Shown here in pieces: positions 12,301 through 26,215 of a stretch of DNA of 64,000 nt (position 1 is the stretch's first letter; every line of letters starts with the position of its first letter). A model generated the notes under the pieces. It searched no databases. It saw only the letters and a program-made list of their open reading frames with translations, and was not told where the DNA came from. Source of the DNA: Podarcis tiliguerta. Its lineage: Eukaryota. The translations under genes and the position numbers were made by a program. The DNA lies in assembly GCA_965153285.1 (NCBI GenBank), contig OZ229110.1; one strand, written 5' to 3'.

Positions 12301-15300
12301 GAACAAAAATATGTGGTATTCCTGCTTGAGGTTATATGCAAGGCTCATTAACAATACAGTGGTGCCCCGCAAGACGAATGCCTCGGAAGACGAAAAACTC
12401 GCAAGACGAAAGAGTTTTCCATTTTCTGAGTTGCTTTGCAAGATGGATTTCCCTATGGGCTTGCTTCGCAAGACGAAACGTCTTGCGCTTTTTTTTTTAA
12501 AACCGCCAATGCATTCCTATGGGAAACCGTCAATACACATTGGTGCTTCGCAAGACGAAAAAACTCGTAGAACGAAAAAACTCGCAGAACAAATTAATTT
12601 CGTCTTGCGGGGCACCACTGTATATCATTCTGTTATGTTTCCTTGATACCTCCAATTCCAACAGCTCTAGTGTTCCTCACACATATGTATGTAACGTTAG
12701 AGAGAACAGAACTCTGTATGACTTTATATCACTACATGTCTGTACTCATGTAAATCATAATCCAGTAACTCTTTGCTACACATTTATTAGTGTTTCTTGT
12801 ATAAACTATTTCAGCATGCTCTGTGTTTTGCACTCATCACAGCTGCCTGTAAGTGTGAACAGACTACAGGTGTGAAAAAGCTGTTTACTTTTATTACATC
12901 AATGAATGTAACTTGTGAAGAAGGAATGCATTACTTACTCCATGATTTGACACTTTTTGTAATTATTCATCTGTTTTGTTCTGGTGACTGTTATCTCTTG
13001 GCCTCTAATTTTCTCCAGTTTTCCTAGATATAAGGTGTATCTTGTTCCCCAATGCCTTATACCCTTGAAGGATGGCTGTGTTCAGTTTTTAATCCTAGGT
13101 TCCTATCCAGAGAAACAAAGGGATTAAAAAAATGCACCTTGGCTTATTTCTGTTCTCAACTAGTGAGACCTGTTACACATCAGTTTGTTAAGTGTTTTGT
13201 TAAAAATAATAATTGTTTTGACAGCACACTTACATCAGGGAAATGTACATTCTCTCAGATATTGTCACATCACTGCTTGACTTTCTTCCTTCACTCTGAC
13301 AATATGGCCTGTAATGTAGCAGAAACTCAAAGGGTGTAAAGACACTACTTTGAGTTCATTCTGTACAGCAGGGAAGCGCATAAGGTAATGTACAGTGAAG
13401 CCACAGGTGATACCAGGACTCGATTCTAGAGAATGAGTGAAACTGTGACCTGCAGTATTGCCTTTGCAGTTCTTTGGATACAAATAACTTCATGCCTCCA
13501 ACATTCCTCAGACTTTCTTGCCAGAGCATGTAAACATCGTTATTGGTTCACATGTTTGCAGGAGGCACTGTCTTATCTTTGCTGGCTTCCCATGATTCAC
13601 TAGGTATCTTGGACGGCCAAAGGCAGAGCAGACTGTTTTAGTGAAGCCACCATTCCTGCGACCAGAAATATCAGATGGACAGATTGCTGTAAAGATAATG
13701 GACAATGGTATCCAGGCTGAGCTAAAGAGAACAAAGGTAAGGAGGAGATGAAGGTGCTACCCAGGCACTGGCTTTCTCCAGACCTTGATGGTGCCACTGC
13801 ATTCGTGAGTAGGAACCAAATGAGCCTCTTGGACATCCTTCCCCCATGTTATCACAACTTGTACTTAGTTTTCCCTGACAAGTGAAGGTCTGTTTTCCTC
13901 CCATGTGACTATTGCTGCATGAGAGTTGTCCCCTTTTATATCCTATATAATTTTTACTTGCCCTTTCCCTTCTCACCCAGCAACTGAGACATGCACAGTC
14001 TACAACTACACTTGCAGAAATGCTAGATGGCTGCAGGTCCTTCTAATAACACTTTCAACCTTTTAGAGCTGGGGACAATGCTCAGGACTTTGGGTCCTGT
14101 CTCATTCTTCTGCACTTTGTCTCTGCAGTCCAAAGGAAGCCTTGAGGTGACGGAGAGCCAGTCTGCTGATGCTGAGCCACCGCCACCACCCAAGCCAGAC
14201 CTCAGCCGCTACACAGGTCTGAGGACGCATTTAACCCTGACCACCAATGAGGGTAAGAGGAGCATTCCAGAGAGATAAGGGATCCAATCAGCTGTGCACT
14301 TCTACAGTGATCTGCCATCAGAGAAGTAGTCTCTGACTGCAGTGCCAAGTAGTGAAGCTGGTCAGTACTGTACTGTTTACAAAAGCCAGTGGCAGCTCTG
14401 TGCTGGTATTCACAGCACTGCTGACCATACAGCCACCTGCTTGCCTCAGTGTTCAGGCAGGTTATTAGAGCAAGTGCTGAGTTGGTAGCTAGGTTATGAC
14501 CTTTTAGATGTTCTGATCATGTAAATCTCCAGCTTTAGCTCTTGTCCACATGTGAAGGCTGCTGTCAGGATTTGGGGATTTATTGACTGTTCCTCCCTCT
14601 GTTGACTGTTCCACACTCAGGTGGAAACAGGGGTTACTTGGAAGGACAGGTCTGTGCTTTGTTCTGCTGTCATAGAGCTTATATAGAACAATAACAGAAG
14701 GCTAGAGTTATTTCCCAGTTCATGTAGTTGTGAAACATCCTGCTTTTGCTGTTGCTGTAGTGTTTCCAGAGGGTGTAGCACCTTGAAAGAAAATGTGATC
14801 ATGGAGAAATGCTTGGAGCTTTCTTTTCTAGTCAGTTCTACTGTTTCCCATCTAGCAGTGCTCACAATTGAACACCCCAAGGGTCAGGACTACCAAGGTG
14901 TGCATGTACAGATTGGAAGCTTCTTGTGTGATGTCTTTATTGAGGAAATGTTCCTCTTGCTCCATTTCACCTCCACTCCTGCAATACACCCCTTACCTCC
15001 TGACTGATTCCTTGACCTCCATGGTGTGTCCACCTGCCTGAGGCTCTTAACTGGTTCTCACGGATCAGTCACTTGTGATATGTGGAATTTCTGCAAAAGC
15101 GTTCAAACCAGGATTGCTGGGAACTCCCCAGGAAAAGCTGTAAGTAATTATATTATATTGCTTGTAAGTATGTGTGTGATTCCCATTTATCTCCACAGAC
15201 AGCAGTTTGCTAAGCAAGGACAGCCCTCCAACTCCAACAATGTACAAGTACCGACCTGGCTATAGCAGCAGCAGTACTTCAGCTGCATTGCCTCACTCCA

Positions 15301-18300
15301 CCAGCGCCAAGGTAATGAAGAACTAAGGGGGTTAAACATGAAGAGTGGGGTTTTCAGGAGACCATGCAGGGTGTGGAGTTGGAAAGGGAATTCTCTTTGA
15401 GACTGTGCAGTGGTTTAGTGCCTTAATTTGACAATTTCTCTCTAAGAAATTTCTCTAGTGTATTGTACAGCTGCTATTATGCCATAAATGGAGAATTCTA
15501 GCATGGTACAATGTTGGGAATTGTGGGGCTGAGAGGGGTCTTTCATTGACCAGAATAACCATTTCACCAATTTCAGTTCTCTGTCTCTTCCCATGAACTC
15601 CAGTTCCTATTTCCATGCTCCTTACTGCTGTCCAATAGTGTGTGAGTCTCATTACCATTTTCCTATTTCTTGATTGCACTGTTTTGTGGTCAGACCTTAC
15701 CTGCCCAAATTGGTGTACATCTAATAAGCAGTTTCCTGAGGAGCAGCTGATTTAGTCTTGTCACAGGAAAAACAACAAAAAGTATTGTGGTAAGGGCTGA
15801 GAGTCTTACAGTGCAATAGTGGTGTTTTTTTTCAAAAGCAGGTCCTGTTTGCTAAGTGTATATATGATTGTAACCTAATTGCAGCATAAGTATTCATAGA
15901 CTAGAGTTCACTTCATCAAATATATGAAGCATTGACTTCAGTTAGCAGACAGAGACAAGTGGTACATACAGCAAAATATTAGTGCCCCCCCCCCCAGGAC
16001 TGCCCTTGTTCTGAGTTCAAATCTCGCTAAAAAAAAAAAAATACAGAGAAGGAAATTTGGTAGCAGTGCATGTGAGGAAGGGCAAGACATTTTGAGCAGT
16101 TGAAGCTAATCCTGGCCAGACAGCACTGGATCCAATTAATTTCTGGGCCCAATTCAAAATACTGATTTTGAACTATAAGGCCTTAAATGGTTCAGGACCA
16201 CAATACCTCAAAGACTGCCTCTCCCCATATGAACCAACTGGCACCCTGTGCTCATCATCTGAAGCCCTCATTTGTGTGCTATTTCCATGAAGGGTCCAGA
16301 GGCGATAGCGCGAGAACAGGCCTTTTCTGCAGTGGCTCGCCATTGTGGAATGCTCTCCCCAGGGAGGCTCGCCTGGCACCTTTGTTACATATCCTTAGGG
16401 ACCAGACAGAAGCATTCCTCCTCTCCCAGGCCTTTGGCCAATTAAACTATGGTCTTTTAAAGTGTGTGGGGCGGGGTTATTGTTGTTATTATCTGTTACT
16501 ATGTTCGAAAGCATGCCAGTGCGAGTAAATAAATAGGTACCACTGTGGCGGGAAGGTAAAAGGCATTTCCATGCACTCTGGTTTCCGTCATGGTGTTCCG
16601 TTGTGCCAGAAGCGGGCTGCATGATCTGGAAAGCTGTCTATTGGACAAACACCAGCTCCCTCGACCTGAAAGCAAGATGAGTTCCATACCCCATAGTTGC
16701 CTTTGGCTGGACTTAATCGTCCAGGGATCCTTTACCTTACTATGTTAGGTATTTTTGTGTTTCTATATTGTAAACTGCCCTGTGGTTACCCAGATGAAGG
16801 GCGGCATAGAAAATTAAATAAATACATAAGTTCTCAAGCATAAACTAGTTAGAATCATTATGAGTGCCCAACTTGTGGTTCATTTTAGACCAAGAGTAGC
16901 TAATCTTGTTTGGGCCAAGGGCTGCATTGACCCATTAGCAACTCTTCGGACCACATTTCAAAGTGGGTGTGGCCAATTTGTAAAAGTAGTTGTGGTGAGA
17001 ATTGTAGTTCTCGAGATTGCCTTCCGAAAGGATTTCCTTTCAGTTATTGTATGATATTCTAAATACTTTTTATCATTCCTTTTCTTTTTTAATGGACAAA
17101 TCTTTGGACGGGGGCTCAAAAACTTTATGGTATAATGGCAGCACGGAGGAGGGAACAAGAGTGATCAGTTAAAAAAATTTTTGTCAGGTTTTGAGGGTAG
17201 TCTTGATGGAGCACAAAAATCCTTTTGTGGGTTAGATATAAGCCACAGGTTATCCACCCTGATTTAGTCCCTTCTTGTAAATGTGGAAGCTAAGATCCTT
17301 TCAGGCTCTGTAAGCATTGCTTTTTCTTTTATTTCATGTATTCCTTCCTATCTAGGGAGTCCCATTAGTATGTAGAAACCATTATCTTATCTTGGGTTGG
17401 CTCTATTTCGCTTCCAAATTACTGGCACTCAGCCACTTCAGCTTGATGTTAGATGCAATGGTGAATAAGTGTAAATGCTCCCCTATTAAACTCTTAATTC
17501 ATCTTCCATGGCTGGCTAGAATTTGATCAGTGAAGTAATGATTTATTAAATAAGACCCCCCCCCCAAAAAATGAATTTCTTTTTACATTTGTAAATACCC
17601 TTGGTGGAGCTCTGAGTGAAGTAAATGAGGTTCTTCTACTTTATATAAGGAATGGTCTGTATACCTCAGTGGTAGAATATATGCTTGGAAGCAGAAGATC
17701 CCAGGTTCAATCCTTATGTATAAAGCAATCCTGTGAAATAGGTTAGATGAAGAAATGCGACTGAGCCAATGGCACACAGTGAAATTTACAGCTTTGGGGA
17801 GGATTTAAACCAAGGTCCAAGTCTAACAGTCTGTTACACCACATTGACTCTTAATAAGTAATAACTTGATTATCTAGCTTACATAATTGTGTTTACAATG
17901 TTTTTTGAAAAAATGAGGTTTCTGCATCAAGGAATGTGGGAACTTCATTTACATTAAGCAGAGGTCCTTGCTTATGGGAGCTTTGAGAAAGCAAACTCTG
18001 CACCCAATAGTTATGAATTAATATCCACAGCCCAGGAGGCTTGCTAATGACTATCACATATGTTCCTCTTCTCTCCTTCTCTCCTGCTGCAGCTAAGCCG
18101 AGGAGACAGCTTGAAGGAGGCAACCTCCATTGCTGAGGGCAGTCGAAACCCCAGCTACCGTTCTGAGCCAAGTCTGGAGCCAGAGAGTTTTCGGTCTCCT
18201 ACTTTTGGCAAAAGTTTCCATTTTGATCCGCTCTCCAGTGGCTCCCGTTCGTCCAGCCTCAAGTCTGCCCAAGGCATGGGCTTTGAATTGGGCCATCTTC

Positions 18301-20048
18301 AGTCGATCCGCTCCGAGGGCACCACATCCACATCTTACAAGAGCTTGGTGAACCAGACACGCAATGGGAGCTTGTCCTACGACAGTCTTCTCACACCCTC
18401 TGACAGCCCTGACTTTGAGTCAGTGCAGGCAGGCCCAGAGCCAGAGGCCCCCATGGGCTACACATCTCCTTTCCTCTCGGCACGTATTGCCCAGCAGCGG
18501 GAGGCTGACCTGCACAGTCGTTTCCCAAGTTCTGGCTCACCCAAGCACCAGCCACCCCGTGACCCTTCACCTGTCCGTTATGACAATCTTTCACGCCACA
18601 TTGTGGCCTCCATGCAGGAGCGGGAGAAGCTGCTACAGCAGTCACCCACGCCACCACCCCTGGCCAAAGAGGAGGATACAGCACTGGGGGACTCAGGCAT
18701 CCAGTCCACCCCAGGCTCCAGTAATGCTCCACGTACCAGCTCCTCCTCGGACGATTCAAAACGCTCACCTCTGGGCAAGAACCCACTCACCCGCCCAGTG
18801 CCACCTCGCTTTGGCAAGCCAGAACCACCACATGCACTCAGAGTGCGCTCTCTGGGCTCACCAGACCAGCCTGCAGCCCCACACTTGGGCAAATCTGTGT
18901 CTTACAGCAGCCAAAAACAGTCCTCGCAGGCCACTGTCCCAGAGACTGAGGAGGTGGCCTTGCAGCCTTTACTGGCACCAAAGTAAGTACAAGTGACACC
19001 TGCCTCGCGCTTTAAGTGTTCCTTGACTTGGTGGAGGATGAGCCGCATTCAACCCTGTCCTGTCTCTGATCTGACCAGAGACCCCAAGATAATTTTTGTT
19101 CCTTTCAGCATCATTTGGAGGGAGTAGCTGGGGGAGATCTACAAATAATGCCTGCACTCGTCTGCCCTTTCCTTCCTTCCTTCCTCCCTCCCTCCTTTCC
19201 TTCCTTCCCTCCAGTGTGTGAACCAGCCCATTTCCTCCACCATACAATGCAGTGCATATCTCCAGAGTACCACATTCCTTTTTGTGAAGTGTGTGTGGCT
19301 TTGAACACCCCTACTTTCCTTGGGTGTGTGTGATGGCCATTGGCTTTCCTAGAAGATACCTGGATCTGTGTGAAAGCTGCTTGGTTTCTACCTCATATAT
19401 AAAACTTTTATATATGAGTCTGCCTTTCAACCTTACCCAAGTGTGGTCCTTTTCCCTGTCTTGTTGGCATGCATGAAAGAGACACTTGGGTCCACCAGGG
19501 AAAGGACAGATTGTAAGAAATCACCTCCTCTCATGATGGTGGAAGCATGAGCCCTTCTGTCAGTTTCCTGAAAAGCTTTCTTCCCACTGCACCTCCTTTT
19601 TTTTTCCCTTCTAGAGAGTGTTGTATTGGGTACATGTAGCATCGTTTCTTAGTAATTCGCTGTGTGTAGTATCTTATCCTCTTCTAGATTAGTGTGTTTA
19701 CCTGGGTGGTAAAAGTATTTAGAATAAGTTCTCTGTAGATACAAAAAGTTCGCTGTTCCTTAAGCAGTGTAAGATGTATCCCAAGCTTTCCTTTCCTTAC
19801 CGAGTGTGAGGCATCCTCCATTTCCATTGCCATTGAATGAGTGGTCACTTCCTGACATCCTTGTATCCTTCCTTTTCCCCAGAGACGAGATGCAGATGAG
19901 ACCCTCCTACAGCAAGTCCAATGGACAGCCCAAAAGCCTGAGCTCAACCTCGCCCACCCCTGGTCAGCCACCTCTCAGCAGCCCCACTCGTGGAGGAGTC
20001 AAGAAGGTCTCTGGAGTGGGTGGGACTACGTATGAGATCTCTGTATGA
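9394..20048 (+). CDS. ZDHHC5: Palmitoyltransferase ZDHHC5 (5'-partial; 10 coding exons in window)
   Basis: Exons 9394-9515, 10522-10679, 11280-11452, 11614-11716, 11797-11888, 13604-13736, 14129-14252, 15199-15311, 18093-18982, 19883-20048 (TGA 20046-20048). All introns are GT-AG with consistent phase. Translation gives [10 protein letters not shown]..., [37 protein letters not shown] (DHHC at 11286-11297), [16 protein letters not shown] and the C-terminal PDZ ligand YEISV. The first coding exon was not found in the window. Confidence 0.98.
11453..11613 (+). other. ZDHHC5: U12-type (minor spliceosome) GT-AG intron in ZDHHC5
   Basis: 5' splice site GTATCCTCT; branch point TTCCTTGAC at 11594-11602, about 10 nt before CAG (11611-11613); no long polypyrimidine tract. 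Confidence 0.9.
12357..12620. mobile_element. Tc1/mariner (Tigger-like) MITE in a ZDHHC5 intron
   Basis: Perfect 22-bp TIR CAGTGGTGCCCCGCAAGACGAA, TA on both flanks, internal GCAAGACGAA repeats. Confidence 0.9.
16105..16828 (+). mobile_element. L2 LINE 3' end, interrupted by a SINE
   Basis: Degenerate ORF2 tail ([19 protein letters not shown]...LWNALPRE) and an L2-type 3' terminus GGGCGGCATAGAAATTAAATAAA. Confidence 0.75.
16506..16736 (+). mobile_element. 5'-truncated Sauria (Squam1) SINE nested in the L2
   Basis: Core AAATAGGTACC...GGCGGGAAGGTAAA, tail CCTTTACCTT; TSD TTACTATGTT (16496-16505, 16737-16746). Confidence 0.8.
19168..19212 (+). repeat. (CCTT)n-type pyrimidine microsatellite in the last ZDHHC5 intron
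   Basis: Read directly from the sequence. Confidence 0.85.
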
Positions 20049-21564
20049 GGAGGTGATATCCCCACTGTTGACTCCTCCCTGGCTGATTCCAAAATGCTCT
20101 ATCCCTGATGAGCAGGAGATTGGGACTTGCTCACCAAATGGTTGCCCCATCAGATGCATGGACCTTTTTTTACAAATACAGTTTTGTGGGGGGGTGGGGG
20201 GGAGAGCTGAAGGGACAGCTACCTTTTTAAACTAAAGTATCTGGGATTGGGAGAGTCCCTAAACACTACAGCAGGATTCTAGCCTTGCTCATCTCCACAG
20301 CCTGCACTCTTCCTCTCAACCAACAAAGAGACTGCAATTTGTAGCGCACACTGCCCAGAGAGAAGGGGAGGGAGTTGCTCTCAGCACCCTCTGTGAGAGA
20401 AGGTACAGGCTGCAGGCTGCCCCACTACCAACAGGACAGTCAGTTGTGGACCTTGTGCAATCGCTCGCCTAGTGCGGTAGGAGTGGATCATTTTTTAATT
20501 TTTTTTTATTGTTAACGGATGCTATTTTTTCCTGTTCTGAGTTACTGGGTGTGTGTATATATAAATATCTATAAATATATAAATATAAATATTAAAATAT
20601 ATATATATATCCATATGGAGCGTGGGGTGGCCCTGGCATACCCCATTAGCTGGGCCTGAGGAAGCCATGTGTGGAGCATTTTAATTTTTGAGGAGTCCAA
20701 AGGGCTGTATCAGATTAATCATTTTGTTTACTTTTGAATGGGTCAGGCAAAATACAAAAACTGCTGTTAAATCACTATCCTTGGACAAGTATGGCTGAGG
20801 AAATGCTAATATGTTACCTAATTGGTACCACTGACCTGGTCATCCCAGTGCCTGTGGCCAGGCTTGAGTTTGGCTTGTTCTGCCCCACTCTGGATTCCAG
20901 GAAATGAAGGGAATAGACAAAGGCTTCCTAATCCCTGCTCTATCCTTCTGGAAGATTTTCCCCATGAATAAATCCTTCTTTTCTGGGGGGCTTGGGGGGT
21001 TTAAGAAGACTATGGGAGTGTTTGGCTTCCCATGTTTTCAGCTCCAGACAGGCTTTGACTTCTCAGTAAAATGACTCCCAGTGAAAGGATGCCATACCCT
21101 ACAAACCAGGCCAATCAGCATGCACAGGTGCCAGTTGCATACTATTAGGATACAGGAACGTGCTTTGGGTGCTGAGCAGGAGGAGGGTGGCAGTGGCATT
21201 GGAGCTGTGTCGCCTATGTGGATATATTACTTGTATTTAGTAAATCCCTCCCCCAGGTGGTTTCCCCTGCTTTTTTACATTGCTTTTATGATTTGTTCCA
21301 TATTGATTTATTGTGGTATCATGGTTCTTTATTCACAAACTGGGCAAGAGAAAGAAGAGGGAAAACAAACAAACCAAAAAGCAATATTTTTCCATATGCC
21401 AAAAATCTTTTAACCCCTAAAAGCCCATGAGTAAAAATCAGAGCAACCCAGGAATCCAACAATCTCCAGTCGCTACTGACTCTTTCTCTATGGCAATATC
21501 TTTACTGTGGCCTGCAATGGGCCACACTTTTATTTTTATTATGACTAGCCATTTTAAAATGAGG

Positions 21565-21570
21565 AATAAA
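21565..21570 (+). terminator. Likely ZDHHC5 polyadenylation signal
   Basis: AATAAA followed by a GT/T-rich downstream element at 21601-21625, about 1.5 kb after the stop codon. Confidence 0.7.
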
Positions 21571-24500
21571 AAATTATATAATGAGCCACTCCCTCCATGC
21601 TTGTGTAGTTTTGTTTTGTTTTGTTAACCTGGGGAGGAGAGAAGTCCTGGTGGTTGTCCTTCAGTATTGCTTGCCGTGCCACCCAAAATGGTTCCGTAGG
21701 AAGGACATTACTAGCTTCTGATCCTTGGTAATTCAAACTGCAGGCATTGGGCTGATTCCCAGAGCTGGTGCAAAAGGTTTCCCAAGAAGGTAAGTGAGGA
21801 ATGCTCATTCAGTCGTCTACATTCCAAACCTCGTTACAGAGGAGGCTTACAATGGAGGACTGGTTCAGAAAGTAGTTGCATCTAGAATGAACATCTTCAG
21901 GCAGTGGAAAAGAAGCAACCGTCATTTATTACACATCTCCTCTACGAAACAAAGGCCATCCTTCACCAACTGTATTATGCTTTGGAACCCAAACCATAAG
22001 CATAGCTCATATGCCCCACACAAGGTCATTGCAGAGCAAATACATCCCAGCAAATTCAAGCAAGAAAACCAAGCCACGGGGGAGGGCAAAATTCCCTCCT
22101 GGAAGAAGTAGCAATTCCTCCAATCAGTCTGACCTGTGAATAATTTCCTCTTAAAACCAAATAATTATATATCAGAATCTAAGTGATATGTTTCTGTTGA
22201 GTAACTGAAAGAAAACTATTGAACATAGTTCCATCCCACCTATGTGACATTGTATTAAAGGAGTAATCAGGCACTGGCGGGGGGGGGGGGAGGGAGTGAA
22301 GCAAGATCAGAATGGTGATTTCCCTGCCCCTCTCAGCCACATTTCTGCCAGAAAGCCCTCCCTGTAAGTGCTCTTCATTTGAGGAGGGAAGTTCTGTTAG
22401 CACTTCCCTTCTGATGCAAATAGCAGGCTTCAGCAGGGAAAGTGTTAAACTTCCCCTCCCGGCCCAACACAATCCAAATCCTGCTGCAGTTGTTAGAGAA
22501 GGATGTACATTAATTCCTTCTGTGTAAGTAGTGGTCCATGTAGCTTGCCTCTTAATCTTGAACCTCTGGAGATTTCTTTGATCATACAAATGCTCTAAGG
22601 TGACTGCACCTCATACAGAAAAAAATTGTTTCCCCCCACTAGCTTCATTTTCAGGGCTTGAAAATAATATTTTTCTGAATTTAAAATACTGTTTGTTAAC
22701 CTTGATATACGGCACAGTTTTTGATAGCAAGTGTTATAGCATGGTAATATTGACAGCAAGACTTTTTGAAGGTAGCTTGCAAGATGATGTTGTGAGACAG
22801 AGAAGAGTCCTAAAAGGAGTGTACTAATAGAAGGTGTAACTGTGCTTACATAGTCTGGCAGATGGTTTCAAAAGCCAGGAGGAGGAATAAAAATTGTACT
22901 TCAATGTTGTTATGACTTTAAAGCAGATAGAAAGTGGAAGTCCAACAGTTCTCTCCTGAACCAAAACAAATATTTCCAGTCAGCATCCTTTGAGTGGACT
23001 ATAGTACTATGTTAGGGACTCGTAAAATTATCTGTTATGAAAGAAGATGTGCTACTGTGAAAAAAATACGAAGCAGTTAAGATTGCCAGCAAATAAAGTA
23101 AGGGAGGGGAACGTCCATCCTTAAGTGTGGAAGTTAGGATTAAATCCAGTTTTTTGAATGGAGTGAGTTTTAATGTTCACAGCCTTTCCAGTTCAGCATT
23201 TCTAATTTCAGTTCTTTCTCATGTCAGAAAGCAAGGGGGAGATTTTTGTCAGCCACTTCCTGAAACAATTAAGAGTGATTACAACTTACCTTATTTCATT
23301 ATATTAATTGATAAGCTTGAAATTCATGTAGCTCTTTTCTAACAAGTAACATTCTAATCACAAAGCTGAATTTATTGCTGAACCATTTTGTGCTAATGTT
23401 TTTCTTTATCCTTAATGTATTATACATTTAAAGTACAAGTGTATTTTTGCCATCTTTTTGTGGGGCTAAAAAGCCTAATCTCAGAACCTAAGCTTTCTTG
23501 TTCTAATATTTTTTCATACTATATCCTAGGTTGAGGGCTAGGCCTCAAAGTGGCTTGCAATATAAAAGGGGAAAAAAACAAATTAAACTTGCTACATTCT
23601 AAACGGTGTTCCATCTCAATTGATAAAACTGCACAGCATTCCAAATGAGGCTTGGGAATTGAAGTTCTTTGTTATTAGTGAAATTTCCATCTTTACTACA
23701 TTCAAATATAGGACATCAAGCATATATAGATCCTCCTTACCCTCAGTTGTGATACAGATGGTTGGAAAACCACTTCTTGTGAGGAGCATGTGGCTCAACT
23801 GCAGCCAGTAATTTTTATATTCAAATAATAGAATTTTACAGAAAAGGAATCTAAAGGACTTTGGAGAAAGCTATGAGCAAGTGATGCAGCTATCTATATA
23901 GCAGCAGTTGCCAGGTGAGATGTCTTAATCCAGCCAAAACAAGGCACAACAAAATCCCCTTGATTTCAGTATTAAACCCATGCTTCTCATTGATTCCAGT
24001 GTGGGAAAGTTATTGACATGCCAATATTACTTAAATAGTACCGTTTATATAGAAGGTTAAAGAGCCCTGAGTGATGCTTTATAGAACAAGGGTGGAGTAT
24101 AAAAGTGCATTAAATAAATAAACACGCACAATTGCTGTTTGTATACATCCACATAATATGATTTCTAATTTCTGGTAGATAAACTTTTAAAATATATATG
24201 TCATAAGTGCTAATAACAACCATGGTGTTCATTCAGAAAGTCAGTGCTTTATTTCATTCATTCTTTTATTAACTATGGAAACAGATTCTCCTTAATTTTT
24301 CTACTTTAGAGACTAAGGAAGGGGCTTGGCTCAGAACCGGCTACAGCAGTAATGGCTTTAGGCCTGCTTGGTCCTTCTAGAGTGATTCAGTTTCCATAGA
24401 TGTTTCCACCTTGGTGAGTTAGTTTAAATTATCCCAGAATGTGTGCTTAAGCTCTTCAGCGGCTCTTTTAAGTGTTCTGCGTCTTGTTGATGACAGCAAG

Positions 24501-26215
24501 AGTCATCAGTTCTGAACCAGAGCCTTGATGTTGCTTACTTTGCCTCAAGGAGAAGCCTTTGAACCTAGTTTGTATCTCCCAATACCTGCTCATCATCTGG
24601 AAGAGCTGAGTAAGGCTGTGGTAGTACAGTAATGGCGACTAAGCATCTGACAGACACCTTCATGAAAGCAGGCTATAATCCTATAGCAGGCAGTCTTCAG
24701 AAAAGGGAGTTCCTGGTGAAGACTAGTAGGATTGTAGAAAGGCTTACCGGTAATTCTAATAGCCTGTGGGTGGGACTCATTAGACTGCTCTGTAATAAAT
24801 TCTAATTCAAGTGATCTTGGGAACCCTGGCTTCTCACTAGCTGCTGTTCATTTGCCTTTTTGCTAGGAGACAAGACTAACTTAACTTCCACAACAGTGCG
24901 CATTGCCATGGTACGCTTCCATACCGGCAAATCTGCATGCAGTGTAAGTTGGAAGGGACAGCCTCAACCAGTTTCTGTTACAACTTGCACAGAAATTATT
25001 ATGAAAATTGTTGAATTTCTGCTCAACATATAGCAGCTAGACACAGCCTCATACTGGGATTGGGGGTGGGGAAGGAACACATGGTGTATTTTGTCAGGGA
25101 TAGAGAGGGTGGGGGCTTCCCCTATGGGATGCTCCTTTAGTTGTTTGGAACTATGGGCTCTGCTGGTAGTTTGATTTGGAGATTTTATTAGGTCCCCCTC
25201 CCACCTGAAGTACATATAATTGTGATAACTGCATATTCTTCCCTCATCTGTCCCTGCCTCTGTTCTTGGCCTTTTTTTAGATTGAAGGCTGCTTGGGATA
25301 AGGGCATGTCAGACCTGTACTTTATAACATGCCATACACATAGATGGTGCTGTGTGAAAAACAACTGCAGTATTGTAAGTGATTGTGCGGAGGGTCCTTA
25401 CTTGAAACAGCATCCCTTAATCTTCTGTGAGCTGAACACACTCAGCTCCTTTAGCTTCTCCTTGTATTCATAAGTCTCATATTCTTTTGAACTGTGGTAC
25501 TCTGTTTTAAATATCTCTTTCTGACACAGCTGCACAGAATAGTATTATGGGTTCTGCTAATACAGGTTGGATTGGCCTAGCTGTACAGCTTTGCACAGGC
25601 TTGTCGGACTGAACCCTCCCCCTCTCGCACAGTGACGCATTAAGAATCTGCAAGTCTTGTCATACCACATTTCAAGAGACCCCCTTGGAGAGTAATGATG
25701 TAACTTTCTTATAAAATTATGTTTTGAGTCACACCGTTGCAGAGGGAAACCAATGAACAGGGAGTGACTTGTTGAGCTTCAGTCAACAATTTGGGCTTTT
25801 GGCTGCAAGAAGCTAATGGTTAGCATTGAAGAAGGCTGCCATGTTTCCAGGCTTCTAAGTCTGCCACCCCCACCCCCAAAAAGCAGATGTGGTCATGAGT
25901 AAAGAATAGGGCTAAGCATTGGCAGGAGATCTGGATCCATCGTCTGCTTCTGCCATAGTTTCTCACTGAGCAAATCATTTTTGATCCCAGTTCCAAATTT
26001 TTAAAATGGAGTACAGCAGTGACCTACCTCACAGGGTTGTTGTGAGGGCGCAAATAAAGATTGTAACACACTTTGCTAATTAAAAGTGCCACAGACATGA
26101 TTGGTGATGGTGTCTACTTGGGTAATAGTCCAGTTAATGGTTAGTAGTCCAGTTGCGTAACATTAATTTGTCTGTTCCACAATTTTTTAAACTATTGGCT
26201 GTGTTGCATGTTAAA

